64,000 bases of DNA, from positions 1-64,000 of IMG/VR virus record IMGVR_UViG_3300031933_000215. One strand, given 5' to 3'. Shown in pieces: positions 50,240-59,561 of this stretch. A program made the translations under genes and the position numbers. The notes beneath the pieces are model-generated. The model did no database searches and had not been told where the DNA came from. It worked only from the letters and a program-made list of their open reading frames with translations. How positions within the stretch are numbered: the first letter of the stretch is position 1; each line of letters opens with the position of its first letter.

Positions 50240-51584
50240 AATTAATTTGTGAGGGTTCATCTATCTCCAGCAATATTAGGAGGTAAGATGAAAAAGAGTA
50301 AAGAGTTTAGACGCATTCCCGGATATGATCAATACGCTGTCAGTAAAGACGGTGTGGTGAAGTCCGTGGTTAGAGATATTGTACTCAGCCAATACCTTTT
50401 AGATGGGTATTTGATTGTAGACACGTTCCGTGGATCAAAAACGGAAACCCTACCTGTCCATAGAGCCGTTGCGTTGGCATGGGTTGAAAACCCAAACCCT
50501 GAGAAGTTTACAGTGGTCAACCACAAAGACGGCGATCGGACAAACAATTGGTACGAGAACCTTGAGTGGACTGACTACTCAGGGAACAACTACCACGCCA
50601 TTAATAGTGGTCTGCGCAACGACAACATTCCTTGTCGCATCCGGGATTTCGAAACCGGCGAGATAACGGAATTCAGTTCTATGGCACAGGCAGCAGTGGC
50701 GATGGGTTTACGGGCATGTGAACCGTACAGTATCTTAAGACCAAAGATGTTCGGGAAGTTAGTTGCCGATAAATACGAGCTTCGGTTTAAAGACGAACCA
50801 ACACCCTGGTTCTACGAAAATCGAACCGAGCGAGTTAAGCCTTCACGTTACATGGTTATTGTAACGGAAGAGGACGGTAGCAGTCGGGAAATCTTCTCGA
50901 CGCGTGCTCTCCTTAAAGAGTATCAACTCTACGACAGCCCAATGAAATCAATCCCGGAGCTGGCGAAGTTTGGGAATCAGAAATACCCAAACAAAGAGTT
51001 CAAGGTACTTGACAGTTACTCCGGGGATCTTTACCGGGTTACGCGTCAAACCAAAGAGAGCCGTAAGCTACCTGTCCTGGCACGTAATCCAGATGGGGAT
51101 ATGCATTTCGACTCTTTGACTCAATGTGCCAAACACTTCGGTGTTGATCGTTCCGTCATTCACAATCGACTTGATAAGCAAATAGATTTGGATGGATGGA
51201 CCTTCACAAGAAATATTGCCCCTTCAGTCCTTGATGGCTGAAGGAGTCTCCTTTAACTGACGGGAACGCCCTGAGAGCCTCATACACCAACTACATCGGT
51301 GGAAACACATGTAGGGCCAGTCTAATCAGCTGGACGGTAAAAGAGATGAGGATTGGGTGATCCGCAGCCAAGCTCCTACGGATCGCTGTGAAGCGAGCTA
51401 CGGAGAAGGTTCAACGACTAACCGTTCACCACGGTGTACCCGCCAAGCGGCGTCGGCTAATTACCGGTTAATAGGGAAATGGGGAGCCTCTCATTGAGGG
51501 GAAGATATAGTCTGGTCCTTGGGGAAACTCAAGGCGGGTGTCATTGCACACCGGGTACAAGTAGCGATTGTACTGGACAAAACG
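50240..51584 (+). mobile_element. Group I self-splicing intron in the nvRNAP beta gene
   Basis: Exon ends in U and intron ends in G; core elements GTGATCCGCAGCC (Q-like), GGTTCAACGACTA (R), GAAGATATAGTCT (S); splicing restores in-frame MHGG|KGVVC. Confidence 0.88.
50288..51241 (+). CDS. Intron-encoded HNH homing endonuclease (NUMOD4 + HNH_3 + C-terminal DNA-binding repeats)
   Basis: RRIPGYDQYAVSKDGVVKS; VHRAVALAW...VNHKDGDRTNNWYENLEW; GGAGG RBS. Confidence 0.9.
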   Translation: MKKSKEFRRIPGYDQYAVSKDGVVKSVVRDIVLSQYLLDGYLIVDTFRGSKTETLPVHRAVALAWVENPNPEKFTVVNHKDGDRTNNWYENLEWTDYSGNNYHAINSGLRNDNIPCRIRDFETGEITEFSSMAQAAVAMGLRACEPYSILRPKMFGKLVADKYELRFKDEPTPWFYENRTERVKPSRYMVIVTEEDGSSREIFSTRALLKEYQLYDSPMKSIPELAKFGNQKYPNKEFKVLDSYSGDLYRVTRQTKESRKLPVLARNPDGDMHFDSLTQCAKHFGVDRSVIHNRLDKQIDLDGWTFTRNIAPSVLDG

Positions 51585-52541
51585 AAAGGCGTCGTCTGTA
51601 AGATAATGGAGGACGCCGACATGCCTGTGGATGAGAACGGCAACCGAGCCGACGTGGTCATCTATGGCATCTCCACAGTTAAACGGATGAACTTTGGTCG
51701 CTTCTACGAACAGTTCATCAACGCTGCCAGTCGGGACCTACTACACAAAGTCCGTCGTCAGGCGGGTCTGAAACACAACGTCAAACCCACCGCCTATCAG
51801 TTGGCTACGGTCAAACAGAATACGGAGGTAGTGGAGTCCATTTGGCAACAACTGATGGGTTACTACGAGATCGTGGCCCCACTGCAACAGGACCTATTGA
51901 TTGACGACCCAGACCACTGGCGTCATGTAGAAGCGGTGCTGATGGACGAGGGGACCTGGCACGATGGAATCTACCTGTGGGTTCCGCCCGATAACCCGGT
52001 CAACAACCTAGCGATGGCAAAGGAGTTACGCGACAGTGAGTTCTGCCCGCACTATGGCCCGGTGACCTATCGGGACAACGCGGGTAAAATGGTGACCACG
52101 GTGGACCCCACATTGATCGGTACGCTGTACATGATCATGTTGGAGAAAACCGGGGAAGACTGGTCTGGGGTGGCTTCGGTGAAAACCAACCACTTCGGGG
52201 TACCGGCCAAGCTCAATAACTACGACAAACAAACCGCACCGGGACGGCAGGCACCGGTTCGAGCGCTGGGCGAGTCCGAGACCCGTTCGTACATCTCCAC
52301 GGTAGGTCCAGAAGCCACCATGGAGTTGTTGGACCAGTCAAACAACCACACCACCCACAGCCATGCCGTGGAGACAATCCTCAAAGCACCCAAGCCAACC
52401 AACATCGACAAGGTGGTGGATCGGAAGAAGGTGCCGTTTGGTGGTTCACGTCCGGTGGCACTGGTGCAACACGTGCTGAACTGCCGTGGCATCAAGTTTG
52501 TCTACCGACCAGACACGGAAGGCAGTGGGAACCAACTGTAA
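51585..52541 (+). CDS. Non-virion RNAP beta subunit C-terminal part, exon 2
   Basis: KGVVCKIM, DMPVDENGNRADVV, KRMNFGRFYEQ, RALGESE match beta conserved regions H and I. Confidence 0.9.
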   Translation, partial: KGVVCKIMEDADMPVDENGNRADVVIYGISTVKRMNFGRFYEQFINAASRDLLHKVRRQAGLKHNVKPTAYQLATVKQNTEVVESIWQQLMGYYEIVAPLQQDLLIDDPDHWRHVEAVLMDEGTWHDGIYLWVPPDNPVNNLAMAKELRDSEFCPHYGPVTYRDNAGKMVTTVDPTLIGTLYMIMLEKTGEDWSGVASVKTNHFGVPAKLNNYDKQTAPGRQAPVRALGESETRSYISTVGPEATMELLDQSNNHTTHSHAVETILKAPKPTNIDKVVDRKKVPFGGSRPVALVQHVLNCRGIKFVYRPDTEGSGNQL

Positions 52542-52565
52542 TTGTAACACAAAAGGGCTTAGAAG

Positions 52566-54536
52566 ATGAACCGTTACAACGCGCGTGATCTGTTGGCCCT
52601 CACCGTTGACGAGTTGTGGTCGCTCCCAGAGGAGCGCCACATCATCGTCTTTGACGATGGGGAACTGACAACACATACCCGGGCAACCATCACCTCGGTG
52701 TACCTCTGGTACATCATCCAACAATACCCCGACACTCCGATCTTGAAGGAGTTCCATCTGGGGGGCCAAACCTTCAGCAGTAAGCTGATGGTCGGGTTGA
52801 TCAACAAAGTGATCTGGACGGTCCATGATCACCATCAAGTGGACCCGGAGGTCTTGGCCAAATGGGCATTCGATACCACCAACCGTTTCTACAACGACTT
52901 CACCGTCCGCTTGGCGGCCCACGTCTCCAGCATGAGCATGTTCGACGTACTGGAGATCATGTATCACCCAGAGGTGCAGAAAGCCAACAAGGAAGTGGAG
53001 CCCACTCAAGCGTCCATCGAGGAGGAATGCTACCCCCGTTTGAAGAAGGTGTTGACCGAGGCGCCGGAATTGAACGGCAACCCGATGGCGGATGCCTGTC
53101 GATCGGGCACCGCTTCAGCCGGTCAGGTGTTACAGTGCGTGGGCCCTCGTGGGTTCATGACCGACATCAACTCGGACATCTTCCCCGAACCGATCATGAC
53201 CGGGTACATCGAGGGCATCAATGGGCTGTACGAGTCCACGATCGAATCCCGTTCCGGCTCGAAGTCACTGCTGTACAACAAGGAGCTGCTGCGGTCCACG
53301 GAATACTTCAACCGGAAGACCCAGTTGATTGCGGAGTACGTTCGCAACCTGCACCCTGGCGATTGCGGTACACCGCACGTTCGGGATTTCCCGGTCATGC
53401 ACGACAACCTCAAATCCCTGGAAGGGAAGTACCACGTGGTGGATGGGAAGCTGGAAGTCCTGCGTGGTGATGAGGAACACCTGTGCGGAAAACACATCAA
53501 GCTTCGTTCGGTTTTCGGGTGCATTCATCCCGACCCGGCGGGCGTGTGCTTGACATGTTATGGCGAGCTGGGTCTGGCCATTCCGTACGGCACCAACGTC
53601 GGGCAGGTCAGTGCGGTGTCCATGGGGGACAAGATCACCTCCAGCGTACTGTCGACCAAGCACTTGGATTCCACATCCCGTGTGGAGAAGTTCCACCTGG
53701 AAGGGGTTGAGGCCAAGTATTTGGAGTACGGCAAAGAACCGGAGATGCTCTACCTCAAGAAGAAACATCGGAACAAGTCGATCCGTTTGGTGGTGGCACG
53801 CCAGGAAGCCCCGAACTTGGCGGACGTTTTGATGCTGAATGATCTGGATAATTACCCGGTCGCCAACGCCAGTCAGATTACGATGATGCAATTCATCGTG
53901 GATGAAGGTGACGAGGGTCAAACGCAGGACGTCCTTCGGGTCTCCCTGTACAACCGTCGTTCCAGCTTCTCCAAAGAGTTGCTGCGCCACATCTCCAAGA
54001 CGCGATGGACCCACGACAGTCGGGACAACATCGTGATCGATCTGACCGGTTTCGACCTTACCCAACCACTGCTTTCACTGCCGTTCAAGCACGTTAACAT
54101 GCACGAGGTCATGAAGCGCATTCAGAGCTTCCTGCATTCGTCCAGCGACAGTGAGAACAAGAAACTGAAGGTGTCTACACGTGACGTATCCCGAAACAAA
54201 CTCAAGTTCCTGAAAAACTACAAGGACCCGACAGAGGCCTTGGTCAGCTTCACGGCCATGTTGAATGAAAAGCTCAACATCAACATTGTGCATTGTGAGA
54301 TCCTGCTGTACGCCATGATGGTTCGGTCCTCAGCGCAGCGCGATTATCGACTCCCCATCCCGGGATTCGATGGCTCGTTTGAGAACTACAACAACCTCAT
54401 GATGAACCGCAGTCTCAGTGCTGCCATGGCTTACGAGAAACAAAGCGCCCCGCTGGTCTCTCCTTCCAGTTTCGTCTACACTGATAGGAATGACCACCCG
54501 TACGATCTGATCGTGTTGGGAGGGCGTGTGAGCTAA
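52566..54536 (+). CDS. Non-virion RNAP beta' subunit, C-terminal part (phiKZ gp74-like)
   Basis: SGTASAGQVLQCVGPRG, DCGT, SVFGC...GVCLTCYG, GTNVGQVSAVSMGDKITSSVLSTKH. Confidence 0.9.
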   Translation: MNRYNARDLLALTVDELWSLPEERHIIVFDDGELTTHTRATITSVYLWYIIQQYPDTPILKEFHLGGQTFSSKLMVGLINKVIWTVHDHHQVDPEVLAKWAFDTTNRFYNDFTVRLAAHVSSMSMFDVLEIMYHPEVQKANKEVEPTQASIEEECYPRLKKVLTEAPELNGNPMADACRSGTASAGQVLQCVGPRGFMTDINSDIFPEPIMTGYIEGINGLYESTIESRSGSKSLLYNKELLRSTEYFNRKTQLIAEYVRNLHPGDCGTPHVRDFPVMHDNLKSLEGKYHVVDGKLEVLRGDEEHLCGKHIKLRSVFGCIHPDPAGVCLTCYGELGLAIPYGTNVGQVSAVSMGDKITSSVLSTKHLDSTSRVEKFHLEGVEAKYLEYGKEPEMLYLKKKHRNKSIRLVVARQEAPNLADVLMLNDLDNYPVANASQITMMQFIVDEGDEGQTQDVLRVSLYNRRSSFSKELLRHISKTRWTHDSRDNIVIDLTGFDLTQPLLSLPFKHVNMHEVMKRIQSFLHSSSDSENKKLKVSTRDVSRNKLKFLKNYKDPTEALVSFTAMLNEKLNINIVHCEILLYAMMVRSSAQRDYRLPIPGFDGSFENYNNLMMNRSLSAAMAYEKQSAPLVSPSSFVYTDRNDHPYDLIVLGGRVS

Positions 54537-54585
54537 CCACGGAGGACGGGGGAGGGTGACAGCTCCCCCGTTGTTGTACCCAACA

Positions 54586-57153
54586 ATGAAATCATTACTG
54601 ACGCTCGACGTTTATTCTCACGGGGTCCGCATCAGTGGATACACCCGTGAGACCTTTCGTATCATTGCTGTTTTTTTGGAACGACTGGCGCTAAAAGAAC
54701 CACGCCACATTCCACAGGAACGGCGAATGGTCATGGAACTGAAGAAACGGTTCTACGGCCTAACCGATTCCCGCAAGGAATCTTTCATCCACCGCTACCA
54801 GCTTGAAGAGTTTCTGCTCTACTTGAAAGACCGTGGATTGGAAGGGCGATTTGAGATCAACCATATCGACGCCCCGGTACCCACCCCAGCCACGTTTGAT
54901 ATTTACGATCACTATGAAACCCGTGGATACCAGATTCCCATCGTTGAGTTCATGACCACCCCCGATAAGCGCTCTTGCCGCCTGGACCTCCAGACCGGCA
55001 AGGGGAAGGCCGAGACACTCTATTCTCGAATTAAAGTGCCTGGTGGTTGGTCTACAATGGGTGAGATGGAGGTTGGTACGAAAGTCACAGCATGGGATGG
55101 AACCACCACCCATGTAACGGGAGTATACCCACAGGGAACCACTCCCGTTTATAGGGTAACGTTTTGGGACGGACGTCATGTTGATGTTTGTCCTGAGCAT
55201 CTCTGGAAAGCGTTCTATGTGAACACTGTACCCCATAGACGGTGGCGGGTTATTGATACCTTGGAACTCAAAAGACTAAGTGAAATGCCCAATCCACGGG
55301 TATATGTTCCTTTGTGTCAATCCGAAGACGGCCCTGAGGTTGATGTCACAATACCGCCATACACACTGGGCGTACTTATTGGAGACGGTAACCTAACCGG
55401 AACCGGTATAAATATATTCAAACCAGATAACGAGCTGTTCGAAAATATTAGGGAGGAATTATTACCGGGTCACGAGTTACGCGACTCTCTAAAGAAGCCG
55501 GGTTTACGTTCCTTGGTAAATGCCAACGGAGGTGAAAACCTATACCGTCGCTACCTCAAAGAAATGGACATTGACGGAACCTATTCTTGGGAAAAATACA
55601 TTCCCCAGAATTACCTCCACGGATCTACGGAACAACGGTGGGCATTACTACAGGGATTGATGGACACAGACGGGACAGTCAACACCAGAGAAACCGGTGG
55701 GGCTGTGTCGTTTAACTCCACCAGTCGTCGTTTGGCGGGGCAAGTTCAATACCTTGTGCGTTCTCTTGGCGGTATTGCCTCAATCAGTGAACGCAATACA
55801 CAATACACATACAACGGAGAAAAATGTCAGGGACGTAAGTCTTACGATGTTAACATCCGTCACCCGAAACAACGAAAACTATTCCGCCTACCACGGAAGT
55901 TAGAACGTATACCTGAAACTAACCAATATTCGGAGGATTTAAAACTCAGAGTTCGTTCGGTTGAATACCTTGGTGAGGAACCAACTCAATGCATTTCAAT
56001 CGATCATCCGGAGCGCCTGTATGTAACCAATGACTTCATTGTGACACACAACACCTATTGCGCCTTACGGTCGGTGGCCACCCTGGGCGTTCGGACGGTG
56101 GTGATGGTGTCGCCCAAATACTTCGGCATTTGGGAAAAAGCCCTGAAAGAAACCTACAAAGACATAGATGGACGTTACTGTACGGTTTCCGGTTCCGCCG
56201 AGTTGCGGGCGTTGATTGAGAAGGGCGTGGAAGGAGACCTGGACTACGATGTGATCATTGTCTCCAACGTAACCTACCGCAGCTACCTGGAATCGTACGA
56301 GCGGTTCGGTGAGGCGATCACCAGCATCGGCTATTTGGTCCCGCCCCCACGGTTTCATGAAGCCTTGGGCGCTGGGGTGCAAATCAACGATGAGTTCCAA
56401 GACGACCCCGGTCTGGTGTTCCGCACGGATGTTTACACGAATGTCAGAAAACAGTTGTACTTGTCCGCCACGCCATTCACTGGGAACGAGTTCGTCACCC
56501 GCATGATCGACGTGATGCTCCCCAAAGAGACGTCCTGTCCCTTGCCGGAATACGACCAGTACATCAATGTGATCGGACTGATGTACCACGACCCGGACGT
56601 TAAACGCAAAGACTACCTGACGCCCTTTAAGAACACCTACAATCACACCCGGTACGAGAAACGCCTGCTCAAAGCCAAGCGTCGATTGGAACGGTACAAG
56701 CGGATGGTGTTCAAGGTCATCAACGGCATTTACATCAAAGACCGGGAACCGGGCCAGAAGCTACTGGTTCTGTGCGCCACGGTGGACTTCATCAAACACC
56801 TGACCAAGGAGTTGAAGCTGAAGTACCCCGACTTGACCATCGGTGAGTTCGTGGCGGGGTCCAACCCCAAGACGCTGCAAACCAACGACATCACGGTGTC
56901 GACCATCAAGTCGGCCGGGACCGGTCAAGACATCATTGACTTAAGAGAAGTACTGCTGCTGCAAGCAACGGATTCCAAGAAGGACAACATCCAAATCCTG
57001 GGCCGTCTGAGACGCATGAAAAACTGGCCAGAACACACACCACGCATGACGTATATGGTGTGTATGGACATCCCACAGCAGATTCGTTACTTCAAAAATA
57101 AGAAGGGTCATTTCGATGGACGCGTCGTGTCCCATCGGGTGATGCGTATCTAG
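54586..57153 (+). CDS. SF2 (UvsW-like) helicase precursor containing an intein (phiKZ gp75-like)
   Basis: Walker A LQTGKGK|T split by the intein; QINDEF, LYLSATP, SAGTGQDI, QILGRLRR motifs. Confidence 0.88.
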   Translation: MKSLLTLDVYSHGVRISGYTRETFRIIAVFLERLALKEPRHIPQERRMVMELKKRFYGLTDSRKESFIHRYQLEEFLLYLKDRGLEGRFEINHIDAPVPTPATFDIYDHYETRGYQIPIVEFMTTPDKRSCRLDLQTGKGKAETLYSRIKVPGGWSTMGEMEVGTKVTAWDGTTTHVTGVYPQGTTPVYRVTFWDGRHVDVCPEHLWKAFYVNTVPHRRWRVIDTLELKRLSEMPNPRVYVPLCQSEDGPEVDVTIPPYTLGVLIGDGNLTGTGINIFKPDNELFENIREELLPGHELRDSLKKPGLRSLVNANGGENLYRRYLKEMDIDGTYSWEKYIPQNYLHGSTEQRWALLQGLMDTDGTVNTRETGGAVSFNSTSRRLAGQVQYLVRSLGGIASISERNTQYTYNGEKCQGRKSYDVNIRHPKQRKLFRLPRKLERIPETNQYSEDLKLRVRSVEYLGEEPTQCISIDHPERLYVTNDFIVTHNTYCALRSVATLGVRTVVMVSPKYFGIWEKALKETYKDIDGRYCTVSGSAELRALIEKGVEGDLDYDVIIVSNVTYRSYLESYERFGEAITSIGYLVPPPRFHEALGAGVQINDEFQDDPGLVFRTDVYTNVRKQLYLSATPFTGNEFVTRMIDVMLPKETSCPLPEYDQYINVIGLMYHDPDVKRKDYLTPFKNTYNHTRYEKRLLKAKRRLERYKRMVFKVINGIYIKDREPGQKLLVLCATVDFIKHLTKELKLKYPDLTIGEFVAGSNPKTLQTNDITVSTIKSAGTGQDIIDLREVLLLQATDSKKDNIQILGRLRRMKNWPEHTPRMTYMVCMDIPQQIRYFKNKKGHFDGRVVSHRVMRI
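55009..56052 (+). mobile_element. Class 3 intein (348 aa) with LAGLIDADG endonuclease
   Basis: Starts with Ala (AETLYSRIK), ends in THN before Thr; WCT triad in EHLW, TQCISI and VTHN; LGVLIGDG and LQGLMDTDG motifs; lower GC than flanks. Confidence 0.9.
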
Positions 57154-57222
57154 TTTGGGCGTCCTTCGGGACGCCCTTTATTCCGCCAGCTCGGCATAAC
57201 CAACGACAACGGAGCAATACCC

Positions 57223-57957
57223 GTGACTACTGCATTACTTAAGAAAGGAAGTTTCAAGATCCTGGATGACCTGGCCTGCGACATGTCGCGCGTCATGTTG
57301 GTCGAACTCAAAGACATGAATTTGGCCAACTTTGTGGACACCACCCCCTTCTTCAGCGATGGGGGCGAGGCGGTGAAAGAACTGCTGGAATGGTTCGGTG
57401 TTCCTGACGACAACGTGATCATGGCTCACTGCCACTGGTCTCGCGGTAACAAGCGTCAGCTGCGCGGTACCGGCATGACCGCGTACCACCCTTTCATCGT
57501 TCGCGTTAACGGACAGACCCGGATCTGGGCGTTTGCTATCCCCAACGAACTATCCCGGAATTGGTTGATCGGTACGTACCTGGGTTACCCACAGTGCTGC
57601 GTTGCGGAGTACGAGGAAGACCTGAAAGTCAGTGCCACCGACGGGTTGTCACCGCTGGAAGAGAAACGCAAGCACTTGGAAGAACACGCCCCCAACCACA
57701 CCGCTGGGGAAGTTCCCTGCTGGCAGTGCATTCGGGACGTGTTCTCTGATCCCAGTCGGACCGGCAATCGATTGATTCAGATCTCAACCCGCAGTCAGGA
57801 AACGTTCTGGAACGATTCGAACGAAGCGTTCTTGGCGTTCTTCGATGCGGTGAATGCCTATCTGGGCCACCGCCTCAGCCCGTGGACGCCTGAGGGTCAC
57901 ACGGTTTCCGAAGCCAACGAATCCTTGAGGGTAAAAGATGAAACGACTGCTGCATAG
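57223..57957 (+). CDS. Hypothetical Cys-motif protein (GYPQCC...PCxxC), paralog A
   Basis: WLIGTYLGYPQCC and VPCWQC. Confidence 0.7.
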   Translation: MTTALLKKGSFKILDDLACDMSRVMLVELKDMNLANFVDTTPFFSDGGEAVKELLEWFGVPDDNVIMAHCHWSRGNKRQLRGTGMTAYHPFIVRVNGQTRIWAFAIPNELSRNWLIGTYLGYPQCCVAEYEEDLKVSATDGLSPLEEKRKHLEEHAPNHTAGEVPCWQCIRDVFSDPSRTGNRLIQISTRSQETFWNDSNEAFLAFFDAVNAYLGHRLSPWTPEGHTVSEANESLRVKDETTAA

Positions 57958-58393
57958 AACGTTATCGTTTCTGGGGTTTGGACATCTGTACGAGACCCCA
58001 GCCCAACGCATCATGAAAGAACACAACTTGGGGGCGGTTGAACACCACACAGTGCAAGAACACAACATGGCAGCACCGCCGCCCGAACCGGAAGAAACCA
58101 CGGAACACGAAGATGACTTTAACGAGTTCGAGCGTCAAGTGGATCAGTTGTTCGATTGGTTGTTAGAACAGATCAATTGGTGTTATTACCAACTCAATCG
58201 TGGTCCGGTTGGTCCGCCAGCGTATGCCAATCTGGAAGAGAAGTTGGCGGCGTGCGAATTCATGGCCAACAACCTCCAGGCGTTAAAGGAAACGCTGGAT
58301 CATCAGACCAGTTCGCTGACCCCCGAAATGAAACAGCGGTACAACACGGTTTTGGAGAAAGTCGGTTACGAGTACCGGGGTCACGACGGATAA
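57938..58393 (+). CDS. Hypothetical protein
   Basis: Overlaps the previous gene; acidic middle region. Confidence 0.65.
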   Translation: MKRLLHRTLSFLGFGHLYETPAQRIMKEHNLGAVEHHTVQEHNMAAPPPEPEETTEHEDDFNEFERQVDQLFDWLLEQINWCYYQLNRGPVGPPAYANLEEKLAACEFMANNLQALKETLDHQTSSLTPEMKQRYNTVLEKVGYEYRGHDG

Positions 58394-58453
58394 ATTTCAC
58401 TCGCCCTTTAAATTGTCTGTTAAACCGTTTGTCATAAAAGGAGCTAACCGTAT

Positions 58454-58840
58454 ATGGGCCTACAACTGATCCCTGGCCAGCTTGAGAAGTTTGTTGGGGT
58501 GTTTTACCGAATCAACGCAAAAACGCCACCAGCGCGTCCTGACGTCCATGTGGACGGTGTCCTGGAACGACTGGTGATCTCCAAAGGCCAACTGCAGGTA
58601 CTGATTGACGGTCAGTCGGTGGACGTGAACATCCCGCCCGAGGAACAGGTGGATGAGGCGACCTACCAAGGCATGCTGCAGTTGCTGGTTAACCAACTGG
58701 TGGAAATGTTACAAGTCCCACAGTACACCCACGACGTTCTTCAAGCGATGCAGAAGGGCGGACTGATTGCACAGTTCCAAGGGGTTACCCTACGGATGAA
58801 CCCACTGACCGCCGGTGTCGGTGAGGTCGATCAGTTTTAA
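58454..58840 (+). CDS. Hypothetical protein
   Basis: AAAGGAG RBS. Confidence 0.7.
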   Translation: MGLQLIPGQLEKFVGVFYRINAKTPPARPDVHVDGVLERLVISKGQLQVLIDGQSVDVNIPPEEQVDEATYQGMLQLLVNQLVEMLQVPQYTHDVLQAMQKGGLIAQFQGVTLRMNPLTAGVGEVDQF

Positions 58841-58894
58841 ACGCACCATGGGTCCTTCCGAGGGCCCATGTTTTATTCCGTCAAGGGAGTTGTC

Positions 58895-59509
58895 ATGATC
58901 ATAGCCGAACGCGAAGAAGAAGGACGGTACGTCGGGCTGGTAGAGATGCCAGTCCCCGAATCGGTTCGGATGAAGAACCCAGCAAAACCAACCAAAGATT
59001 TTTACGAACTCATGCAATGGCTCGGGGTTCCTCAAGCGGAATCGGTCATCAGCATTGAGTTTGCCAGAGACCTCGCAACCAAGGGAAAGAACCACGATGA
59101 TCGTCCTGGGTACCACACCTGGATGCCAACTATCGTGCGCTTCCCGGATCGGGTTGTTATTTGGGCCATCACCTTACGTAAACCTGTACACAAACACTGG
59201 GTCATCGGCATGTGGTACGGGTACCCTCAATGCTGCATCAAAGAACATCTAATCGACATCGAACATTACCGTCGAAGTGGATTTACCGACAACCCCATCG
59301 CCAAGAAACGGAAAGAAAACCACCCGTACCGTGGTGGGCCCGTACCTTGCAACGCATGCCTGACCGACCCTTATCCCGATTTTAAGGAACAGGTCAAACG
59401 CCACCGCCAGTGTCCAATCCCTTACCCTACCGCAGTTCCTGGGAAGACCTGGTTTGGTGCGGTGCTGTGTTACGGTCGCGGTGAGCTGAAACCTTGGGGC
59501 CGACGTTAA
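58895..59509 (+). CDS. Hypothetical Cys-motif protein (GYPQCC...PCxxC), paralog B
   Basis: WVIGMWYGYPQCC and VPCNAC; GGGAG RBS. Confidence 0.7.
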   Translation: MIIAEREEEGRYVGLVEMPVPESVRMKNPAKPTKDFYELMQWLGVPQAESVISIEFARDLATKGKNHDDRPGYHTWMPTIVRFPDRVVIWAITLRKPVHKHWVIGMWYGYPQCCIKEHLIDIEHYRRSGFTDNPIAKKRKENHPYRGGPVPCNACLTDPYPDFKEQVKRHRQCPIPYPTAVPGKTWFGAVLCYGRGELKPWGRR

Positions 59510-59561
59510 ACAATCCGTCCCACGGGACGCTTTATATACCACAAAACGAGGAGTAGCAATA

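Noticed and set aside
50240-50245. TAA after MHGGN as a sign of stop-codon reassignment or read-through
   Set aside because: It lies inside the intron. All other genes end normally at TAA, TAG or TGA, with no evidence of recoding.
51519-51584. ORF-track N-terminus MGKLKAGVIAHRVQVAIVLDKT
   Set aside because: This is the 3' end of the intron (P9 region) read in frame by chance; the real exon starts at 51585.
54546-54571. Hairpin between the beta' C-part gene and the helicase as a member of the tail-motif family
   Set aside because: The stem ACGGGGGAG...CTCCCCCGT is real, but it is followed by TGTTGTACC, with neither a U-run nor the conserved tail.
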